DNA of 64,000 bases, from sequence record NZ_CP041325.1; one strand, written 5' to 3'. Positions 51,849-60,947 of this stretch are shown here, piece after piece. Within the stretch, counting starts at the first letter, position 1, and every line of letters starts with the position of its first letter. The position numbers and the translations under genes are program-made. The notes under the pieces are model-generated. The model was not told where the DNA came from, ran no database searches, and saw only the letters and a list, made by a program, of their open reading frames with translations. The DNA is from a plasmid.

Positions 51849-52103
51849 ATGAAAGATACACTGAGTCGAATGGCTGCCTTTCAACAAGCCGTTCAAAAGC
51901 GGATGGAACGATTGATTGATCGCTTAGCTCGTAATGCAATCGCCCAAGAGGAACGGAAATACGAATTGCTTTATGGCAAACCGCTTAGTGAGCAAGAAAA
52001 GATGGATATTAAAAAAGGTGTGGTTCTCCGGTTATCGATGTTTTTGCTAGTACCTTTACTTATTATAGTTCTAACCCTTATGAATAGAGGGATGATGTCA
52101 TGA
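51849..52103 (+). CDS. small membrane protein (84 aa, C-terminal TM)
   Basis: Overlaps the next gene by 4 nt (ATGA); hydrophobic C-terminus. Confidence 0.4.
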   Translation: MKDTLSRMAAFQQAVQKRMERLIDRLARNAIAQEERKYELLYGKPLSEQEKMDIKKGVVLRLSMFLLVPLLIIVLTLMNRGMMS

Positions 52104-53125
52104 AAAGATGGATGAACCTATTAACTGTCTTATTGATATTAGTATTATCGATGCCCATTCAGGTATTCGGGGAAGAGGGCGACTTCATGGATGAAACTAT
52201 TACAGAATACAGCAAAACAGAAGGAGTAAAAGAACAAAGCATTAAAAACGCAGAGTCGTATATGAAGAATGTTTTATATCTTGAAAAATACAATTATGAA
52301 ACTAATCAATTCGATTGTAAGTGGCATGAAATTGGATGTCATACAAATAGTTTTCTATTCACTACAGTCAGTGGCTTTGTATATGGAGCGATTGATAGCT
52401 TCAGTAAATTTCAATTAGATGAAAGCTTTATTACTGAAAATCCTGTCTACGAGGGGTATATGCTAAATTTCAAATCTCTCGCTTGGACAATTGCAGCCAT
52501 CTTTATTCTGTGGCAGACACTTAAAATCGTCATTCTATATAGTGGAAATGGCGAAGAGGGAATGAATTCCCTTTACGACAAGTTGGTGGCTACTGTAACT
52601 GGCGGCATTTTATTAGGTATCTATGGACAGTTTTTCGATTGGATTCTCGAATTAACTCATCTGTTAACTGAAACAATGCTTACATCTCCCGTAACTCATT
52701 ACGATATCATGCAAGTCATGGCAATAAATTCTGTAGGCTATGGATTAATACTGATGGTTGTGGTTTCTGCGATACTATTCGTATTCTTCCTGTCAGTTCT
52801 ATATCGTACAGTGCTCTTCGTTATCCTGTATATAACTGGAGTTATTGCTATCCCGACTATAGTGAACGATCAATATAATTTCTTTAATCTTTGGTTAAAA
52901 ACTGTAGTAAGTAATATTTTGACTCTTACAATTCAATTGCTCTGTTTTGTGCTTGGAATAAAGACATTAGTAAACCTTCAAGGCGGAAATATGATTATCG
53001 GAATGATTTTCTTTATCGTGGGTCTATCAATCCCAACATTATTAAACCAATTTGGAGCGTCAACCGGTTCTGCAAAAGCCGTTGGTTCATCTATAAAATA
53101 CGTTGCGCGGTATGCTCGACGATAA
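52100..53125 (+). CDS. VirB6-like polytopic T4SS channel protein (ConG/TcpH-like)
   Basis: Signal peptide, extracellular domain with four Cys, then 5-6 TM helices. Position after VirB4 and the hydrolase. Confidence 0.5.
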   Translation: MKRWMNLLTVLLILVLSMPIQVFGEEGDFMDETITEYSKTEGVKEQSIKNAESYMKNVLYLEKYNYETNQFDCKWHEIGCHTNSFLFTTVSGFVYGAIDSFSKFQLDESFITENPVYEGYMLNFKSLAWTIAAIFILWQTLKIVILYSGNGEEGMNSLYDKLVATVTGGILLGIYGQFFDWILELTHLLTETMLTSPVTHYDIMQVMAINSVGYGLILMVVVSAILFVFFLSVLYRTVLFVILYITGVIAIPTIVNDQYNFFNLWLKTVVSNILTLTIQLLCFVLGIKTLVNLQGGNMIIGMIFFIVGLSIPTLLNQFGASTGSAKAVGSSIKYVARYARR

Positions 53126-53139
53126 TAGGAGTGGTTATA

Positions 53140-53885
53140 TGAAGAAATGGTTATTAATATCGTTACTCTTGATATTGGGAGTCTTTTTAGCATCTTGTAA
53201 TTCTAATAATGAGGAAATTGGGGAGGCAGAATCTGAAGAAAAGAAACCTTTTACAAACTCAGATATTGAAAAAACTAACGAGATGATAGATTTTTTAAAT
53301 GAAAAGATGAGAGAGTTTGAGAATAAAGCTAATAATGCAATTGAAAGTGGACAGATTAAAATTGGTGATAATGAGCGATTAATAGAGGAGATACAAGGCT
53401 TAGGACAAGAAAGTGTAATTCAGCCATTTTTAGAAAAGTACCCAAATAGCTTAATTTCAAAAAATGAAGAAGATAGTTCTATCCCGATTACAGTCGAGCC
53501 CACTAGTAGCGAATCATGTACTTTAGGAAATTGCACTTATGAAAAAATCAATGTTATTGAAGTTGATTTTGATACAGATAAAAGTAAGGAATATCATTCT
53601 AGAAATTTCAAAATCACTCAACTGATTTTTTGATAATGTAAAAACTTTATCAAAGGTTGAAGGGGAAATTGAAGAAGGAGAACTACGCTTTGTCAAAACT
53701 AAAGATAATAATTTAGTTATAACCTCTATTCCTAATATTCAGCTGCAAACGTTATATATTGATGAAATGGATAGCGAATATGAATCTATAGCAACCGATG
53801 TGCCAGAAAGTGAAGTAGAAGCCGAACAAGCTGAATACAAAAAGGAAGTAGAGGAAACGCTAGCGAAGTTCCCGAAACTTCAATA
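53140..53885 (+). CDS. lipoprotein (lipobox LASC); one frameshift near 53625 in a T-run
   Basis: MKKWLLISLLLILGVFLASCNSNN is a type II signal peptide. Translation continues in the adjacent frame to 53885. Confidence 0.5.
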
Positions 53886-53904
53886 ATCCTTGTAAGAAAG
53901 GGGC

Positions 53905-55465
53905 ATGTTGCAGATGGTGATTCGCACGATTGCTAATAAGGTCGGAACGATTGAAGTAAATGGCAATTCATTTTATTTTCTTCAGCCACTCTCTACCTTC
54001 AACACGGATCAAATGGAACGGATCCAACAGGCTTATGAACGGCGGATGGCTTCCTTAAAAGAAGAAACGCATTATTTAGTCGCAAAAAGCCTGACATTCC
54101 AGTCAGGGCAGGTTCAATTCGAATATGATTTGAGCGGATTAAAGGCTTATGATTACTTGAAGTCCCTTTATTTCGAAGATAAGCTACCTTACTACTTGTC
54201 ATTGGTACGTATTGCGCAAAATATGGAGGTCAACGTCCTTTGGCAAAAGGAAAACTTTGTGGTGGATGTGGAAGAGCAAGTACTTAAAGCGGCAGTTCTG
54301 GAAAACGAAGAGTTGAAACTGTATGACTCAAAAGACCGGGTAACTGCTGTCAAAGAATTGATTATCGTGTCGCTGACCAGTTTGAATCAAGTATTGGGGC
54401 GGCCGAAAAGAAGCGATTTTTTCGAACAGGATGAAGAAGTGATCCGTTTTGCTGAAATGGTCTATCTCCGTCTATCTACATTAGAGGAATTAGAATCTTT
54501 TATTTCTCAGGTCCACGTTGAAATTCAGGAACGGAAGCGGTTAGAAGAAGAGGAACGTGAAAAACTTATAGCCAATAATAAACACTTTGCTTTTACAAGT
54601 CTAAAACTTAACAAGAAACTTAATTCTCCAGGTAAAGATAAGGAGCATCTTCCTTACTTACAAGGCAAGCAAAAGAATAAGGGAAATAAAGCAGCTACTT
54701 CTAAGGAGAGCAATATCCGCTTCCTAGCGGGCGTTGGGGGTATATTGATTGTCGCAGTTCTCTTGAATGTCCTCTTAACCAATGCAAATGAAAATGCAGA
54801 AGCTAAAGATGCTGGGAAAGAAGAAGTGAAACAGGAGATAAACCTTGAAGAGACATACCGTCAAGGCCTGCTAGGAGATGAAACAACGGTCATTAAAACC
54901 CTGGAAACCGTAGGGTATGATTCTTTAAAAAAAGAAGAAAAAAGAAGTCTTAGAGGTATTGTATGTGAGAAATAGGGAATACAATAAAGCGCTGGAAAAA
55001 AATCCGGAGCTGGCGGGTGAAATTGCTGCTAAACTGGTTAAGAGCAAGGACATCAAACAACTGGAGGAAGTTCGTGCTTCTTTACCTGAACCCAACCCTA
55101 TTGTGGATTTTGACTTGGCAGCAGCGACACACGATTGGCAAACCGTCATTGATTTACGGAACCAGATTGAATTAACGGGTGCTCACATGACTACCGTTGT
55201 GACAGCTTTTATCCGGACCGGTGATTTGAAGACAGCTAAAGGATTTGTGGAAGAGAAAGCTGCCGGCGATAAAAAGTTACTAAACCGGGTACTTGAAGCT
55301 GAGAAAAAGCAAAATGAACTCGCTGCGTTGAAAGTGGAAAAAGCAGAGAAACAAAAAGTGATTGATAAAGATACCGATAAGAAGAAGATAAAAGCGGCTC
55401 AAGATCGGATTAAAGCGATTGATAAGCAGATGAAGGCATTAACGGAAGAAATGAAAAACGGCTAA
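53905..55465 (+). CDS. membrane-anchored protein with an EssB/YukC-like (type VII secretion pseudokinase-fold) N-domain, single TM, Lys-rich extracellular tail; one frameshift near 54950
   Basis: By-eye similarity to S. aureus EssB blocks (QVQFEYDLSG vs SFQIHYDIND; KLPYYLSLVRIAQN vs KLRYLLNIKNLEEV). TM helix IRFLAGVGGILIVAVLLNVLL at about residue 280; KAEKQK-rich C-terminus. Confidence 0.45.
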
Positions 55466-55478
55466 GGGGGGCTGGAAT

Positions 55479-55730
55479 GTGCATACCAAGAGAATCAACA
55501 GTTTAGGGCGTATCGTCATTCCAAAAGAAATTCTGGAAGTTTTTCAATTAAGTGAAGGGGATTCTGTAGATATCATGCATAACGAGACTCAAATCATTAT
55601 TGAGCCCCACAAAAAGCGGTATCTATGCGCAGTAACGGGTAAGATTGCAAGTGAAGCTATCCAAATCGGAGAAGCGTGGATTAGTAAAGAAGGCATGAAA
55701 AAAATTGTAGAGTATATGAGCATGGAATGA
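55479..55730 (+). CDS. AbrB/SpoVT/MazE-type regulator, paralog of 37334..37606
   Basis: INSLGRIVIPKEILEVFQL swapped-hairpin motif; shares the C-terminal C-x-VTGxI motif with the 37334 gene. Confidence 0.65.
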   Translation: MHTKRINSLGRIVIPKEILEVFQLSEGDSVDIMHNETQIIIEPHKKRYLCAVTGKIASEAIQIGEAWISKEGMKKIVEYMSME

Positions 55731-55896
55731 AAAGACAGTCGGGTTTCAATTAACCTGACTGTCTTTTATATTTGTCCAATTACTCCAAGAAAGCGTTTCT
55801 CTTTTCATTGTCCTTCTTTATTTTTACTTTAATTGACTCTTTATCAATCGAATCACAATTTCTGCATCACTCGGGTATTTCAACGGCAGCTCCTTT

Positions 55897-55989
55897 TTAA
55901 TTAGTCTCTTCAACGTTTAATTCACTATCAAATGCAACCTTGCATTTGATGGTGAGCACACAGCAAAAGTAAAATATGCATAACTGCAT
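55897..55989 (-). CDS. candidate 30-aa signalling pro-peptide gene immediately downstream of the RNPP regulator (MQLCIFYFCCVLTIKCKVAFDSELNVEETN)
   Basis: RBS GGAGGAA 1 nt before ATG 55989 (very close spacing). Hydrophobic N-half, polar C-half; PapR/NprX-like genomic position. Contains the palindrome TCAAATGCAA-CC-TTGCATTTGA (55928-55949). Confidence 0.3.
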   Translation of the reverse strand: MQLCIFYFCCVLTIKCKVAFDSELNVEETN

Positions 55990-56055
55990 ATTCCTCCTTT
56001 ATTTATTCTGATAGTTTAATAGCTATAAGTTATTGCTAATGGAGAAACCAATAAA

Positions 56056-56943
56056 TTAATTTGTTGTACTTCCTAAGAGGTAATGCGACTTGTTCTCTAG
56101 CAAAATATTTGTGTATACCTCTAAATCAAGCATCTCAAAAAAGAATTGTGCTTTCTGATAAGAAGCTGAAATTTCTGCGGCGGAAAAGTCCAGTTTTTCT
56201 AATAAAGCGCCTTTTTGGTAGTAGAATTGGCCGAGCAAAGACATATTTGCACCTTCGACTGAAAGGCGGATGCCTTGGTCGGTGTAATGAAGGGAGGACG
56301 TATAGTCTTTCTTCAAATAAAGCAATTTTCCAAAGTTATAAATCACTTTTATTTTAAGATTGTTTGCTTCGGTAGTATCCAGCTTTTCGTTTAATATACT
56401 TTGATAAAGTTCACCACTTTCCTTAAAGTGGTTGTTTTCGGCGTAAAGGTTCGCAATCGTATTTTTGATATGGAGATCCAGCAGATTATCCGTACCCAGC
56501 ATTTTCTTTCGTATTAACAGGAGAAGTTCGGTTCTGCAATTATTGGCATCAAGACGGCCTAAATAATAAGCAGCTGTGTAGTTATGCCATAGAAGAAATT
56601 TCTTTGTTTCGGGATGTTGAGCAATCTCTTGAAGCAGCAACTCTTCTGTGTAATGAAAAAGTTCTTTATGATTTTTGCTGGAGGACAGCGCCCATACTTT
56701 ATTCTTAATGGCTTTGATTTCTTCGGCTTGTTCATGAGCCAGGATTTCAAAGAAATAATTGATGGGAATCTGAAGCTGATTGGCAATTAAATAAAGGAGA
56801 TCCAAACTCGGAAAAAATTCACCTGCTTCAATTCGGCTAATTTCGGATTGGCTGCACATGCCTTCAGCTAGTTGATGTTGCGTGAGCTTTTTTGCTTTGC
56901 GAAGCTTTTTTATTTCCAGTCCCAGCTTTTGTTTATCGAGCAT
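56056..56943 (-). CDS. RNPP-family (Rgg/PlcR/NprR-like) quorum-sensing regulator: N-terminal XRE HTH plus TPR-like peptide-binding domain
   Basis: HTH LTQHQLAEGMCSQSEISRIEAGE; about 230-aa helical-repeat C-domain. 295 aa. Confidence 0.75.
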   Translation of the reverse strand: MLDKQKLGLEIKKLRKAKKLTQHQLAEGMCSQSEISRIEAGEFFPSLDLLYLIANQLQIPINYFFEILAHEQAEEIKAIKNKVWALSSSKNHKELFHYTEELLLQEIAQHPETKKFLLWHNYTAAYYLGRLDANNCRTELLLLIRKKMLGTDNLLDLHIKNTIANLYAENNHFKESGELYQSILNEKLDTTEANNLKIKVIYNFGKLLYLKKDYTSSLHYTDQGIRLSVEGANMSLLGQFYYQKGALLEKLDFSAAEISASYQKAQFFFEMLDLEVYTNILLENKSHYLLGSTTN

Positions 56944-57140
56944 ATAAACACCTTCAAATTCTATAAATTCTCTTATAATCTTATAAATAGGGTGGATAAA
57001 ATTTACTTTTATGTATTAAGTAAATCAAATATAACAGGTTTGATAAAGGTCCAGGCTATCAAAATTGCTTCAGCAGGATTTTCTTCGGTTTGCTGCCTAG
57101 TTAAATTTGAATGACTGAAAAGTTTAAGGGATGAGGTTGG

Positions 57141-59202
57141 ATGGTGCTATACAATAATTTATTTCTATTTTATTTAAAACAAGTGATTAAAAATCCCTTA
57201 TATATCGGAACGTTGCTTTTTATGGTATTCATGTTGCTCGTACGTATTCTTATTCGAGTCAATGAACCGTTTGATTATTGGAATTACGGGAGTCTGGTAG
57301 GCGAGATGATGATCGTTATACAAGCAGCCATGTTATTGATAATTGTCTACTTCTATAAATTATTTTCAGATGAATTCCGATTTGGAGCCGCTAAACTCTT
57401 TCCGGGATTTTTCAAAGTTACTTTGCTAAAGATATCTACTTTATTGACTGTTCATTCTTTCGTATTGGCCTTTTTTGTCGGCAGCCAAATTCTTCTAGTG
57501 ACGACTTACTTTCATTTATCCGATATCCCTTTTTCAAGTTTCTATAACCAAACCGCGATATACATAATTGTCTATTGGTATTTGCCTTTAGTGCTTGCTT
57601 TTACAATTGGTATTCTTGCAGCGCTTCTGTTTGGAAAAAATAAGATGGCGCTAGTTTTCATGATTCTGTTGTGGATTGCAGTTGGACCGATGAATACGAC
57701 GTTTTTCTCTCAATTATTTCAGCAATATTCATTCACTGATATAGAGAGTCTCTTTTATATCGGGCCATTAAGCAACGAAACACCTTTTAATGATTTAATT
57801 GGATATAACGTGACTCTTTCGGCTTTTTTTCAAGGTTCTTTTCTGGATTTTTTCGCTTCTCGGATTAGTTGTGTTGGTTCTAATGAAAACAGCACGTGCA
57901 GTGCGGGAAAAAGGCATCTTATTGGCCCTGGTTCTCCTCTTGGTAATCTGTAATGGGTTGATTTTCCCTTATATATTCACCGATGGAAAAGCCGCATTCA
58001 ATTTTGCTGACCAAGAGTCGGAGATCCTATTTTATAAAAACGGCCCCAAAAAGATTTCGTTCACACAAACGCAATATGAAGTTAAAGCCTATGACATTCG
58101 TTTGAAAACAGAAGGGCAAATACGCATTGAAACTGAACTCGCCCTTGCTAATATCCAAACGGGAATTTTGGGTTTCGTCTTCTACCATAACTTCGATTTG
58201 GAGAAAATTATAGATGAACAAGGCAAATCTCTTCCCTTTATCCAACAAGGGGATTTCCTGATGGTGCAGCGAGCATCTGAATTGCCGGAAGAGAAGCTCA
58301 CATTTACCTACAAGCTGAACGACTCAACTTTGTTGCCTGTTAGTGAAAAGTATTTGTTTCTGCCTAACTCAGTTAGCTGGCTTCCCACAAAAGCAAATCA
58401 CGCACCTTTCGCTTTTAACCAGATCATCGAAGAAGGGGTAAATATCTCCTCTGTTCAAGGCGAAGAAGCGGTTCAATATGCCTTAACTGTTGAAGGGGAT
58501 CTCCCCATTTATACGAATTTGCCTTCTAGCGGAAAAAACTTCTACAGCGGAGAAGTAGTGGGAGGAGTCACTCTGCTCGCAGGTATGCTGATTGAAAGGG
58601 AAATAGGCGGTAAAACGATTGTATATCCGAACTCTTGGCCAGATCCTTCAAAGGATTGGAAGGCCTATGAAGAAGTTCTGACCAACGTACATGCCGAGCT
58701 TAATGAAATGTTTGGGCTTAAGAAGCCACTACCTGATCAGATTATCTTTTTAAGTTTTAAGAGGGATGCTTATACGAGCTACCAAAGCACAAACCATCTG
58801 CTCTATATCAGCGGTTCCCATTTCAGCCTCAGTTCTCAGCTGAATGAGATTCCAAGTATCTATATAAACGCTTATTTGTGGAACTCTATACAAGGCAATT
58901 TACTAGACCTGGAACAAGTCCTTGTATTCAATGAACTGCTTGCCGGATACCTTCACGGAGAAATAGACATTAACTCGCCGATTTCCTATACAGTCAATGG
59001 AATACCGCTGTATTTGGGATTTGAGAAGAACGATAAGGAAACCCAGGAAATCATTAGTCAGTTCTATAAAGAATTTTATGATTTGGAAAAAGAGGAGCAA
59101 AGAGCCTTTCTTGTTGTATGGTACAAAAAGATGAATCAGTTAACAGAAGGTTGGCCAGAAGCAAAACAGCTCTTGAAGGAGTTTGAGGAGGGCAGAATAT
59201 GA
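57141..59202 (+). CDS. large polytopic membrane protein (about 687 aa) with a big extracytoplasmic domain, putative ABC-transporter permease/accessory component; one frameshift near 57850
   Basis: About 6 N-terminal TM helices, a roughly 400-aa soluble domain. Stop overlaps the start of the ABC ATPase (ATGA at 59199). Confidence 0.5.
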
Positions 59203-60066
59203 TTCGAATTGAGAACCTGAGTAAGCGTATAAAAAAATATCATATCTTGTCTGAAGTGTCGCTGGACATTGAAGGCATATACGGATTGATTGGTCCAAAC
59301 GGGGCAGGAAAGACAACGTTGATGAAAATATTAGCCAGTTTAACTTCGATGAATGCAGGAAACATCCAGATGGACGGGAACAACATGGTGAAAGGGAAGT
59401 ACGTTAAACAAAACATGCTGGTTGGCTATTTGCCGCAGGATTTTATGGTATATCCGAATATCCCTTTAGAAGAAGCATTAGACCATATTGCCATGCTTCA
59501 AGGATTGATGAACAAACACGAACGAAAAATAAAAGTGGGCCAAGTGATTAAAGAAGTAAATCTCCAAGGACACGAGCATAAGAAAATGATTGAATTGTCC
59601 GGCGGTATGAGAAAGCGGGTAGGGATAGCACAGTTATTACTTGGCAATCCCTCCATCTTAATCTTTGACGAACCGACAGCAGGATTGGATATTGAAGAAC
59701 GAATCCGATTTCGTAATCTGCTTCGACATTTAGGGGAAGAGCGAACCATCATCATCTCTTCACATATTGTTGAGGATATTGAATTTTTAAGTACAAAGAT
59801 TGGCGTCTTGAAAAACGGGCGTGTTTTTGTTTGAGGGTTCTCCTGCAGAACTAAAGGCATTGGCCAAAGGCTCCGTTTGGGAGTATCGAATAAGAATGGA
59901 AGAGCTGGATGACATGGTTAGATACAAAAAGGTGGTGCAAGTGACGGAAGAGAATGAAGGCTTTACAGTCCGTGTTTTTTCTCAAGAGAAGGAAGAAGGG
60001 GCTGAGCTTGTCAAAGCTAAGTTAGTTGATGGATATCTTGCTGCAGTTGCTGGTGGATCTGGATGA
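59199..60066 (+). CDS. ABC transporter ATP-binding protein; one frameshift at about 59825 (T-run)
   Basis: Walker A GPNGAGKTT, signature LSGGMRKRVGIA, Walker B ILIFDEPTAGLD, H-loop SSHIVED. Confidence 0.85.
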
Positions 60067-60708
60067 AGGATTTTGCTGAAAGCCTCTACCTTTCTTTTCT
60101 ATTTGATCGAAAAACAATGGGCGTCACCTTTTTTGTTCCCGTTTTTATATTCAGCATTGTCTTACTGCTCATTCTTGTTGTCCCAAAAAATACGGCCGAT
60201 AGCTACAATAATGTAATTTTGATACAGGGTGGGTTTATTCCATTTTCTTGTTGGTGGCTTATGTATCGGCTTAGTGAGATATATGAAGAAGGTGCACAAG
60301 AAACGTTAGCACCTTATTACAGCAAAAGCTTTATGGTGGATTTTTTACGCTATTACGTGTTGAATACTTTAGCCACTTGTTTGTTGAGTGCTGCACTCGT
60401 CATGAGGCATGGAATTGAGGCATTGCCACTGGTCAACTTTATTCATTTCTTTTTACTACTCTTATTTTTTTATGTGGTTAGGCTCATTTCTGATTGTGCT
60501 TATCAAAAATATTGAAATAGCGCTCACAATCGTGCTCATCTTTACGGTTTTGGAAGTGGCTACATTAGGGGAATACATGCCTTGGCCGCATATCTTTTTG
60601 TTTGAATACCCGGTTTGGGACCCTGTCTTAGCTAGTAAGTTTACCGTTTTATCAATTGCTATTCTTATCTTGGTTATCATTACAATAATCTTTTTAAAAA
60701 GAATCTAA
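60063..60708 (+). CDS. ABC-2-type transporter permease; one frameshift at about 60470 (T-run)
   Basis: Six hydrophobic helices; overlaps the ATPase stop (ATGA). Confidence 0.55.
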
Positions 60709-60947
60709 TGTAGAACGATTAATGATTCAATCGAATAGACATATACTTTAACTTTTGAATTCATCTAAAGGTACTTAAGGAGTTTTTAACAAGTAGTGTA
60801 TGTTCGTCCATAGATAGATTTTATAGGTTCTAATGATTAGTGAAAAATTGATTCGAGATGAATAAATAACATATTCAAAAAGAGATGGAGAATCGTTAAA
60901 TTCCCCATCTCTTTTTATAAAGATTTTACGTTAGTATTTAAATTCTT

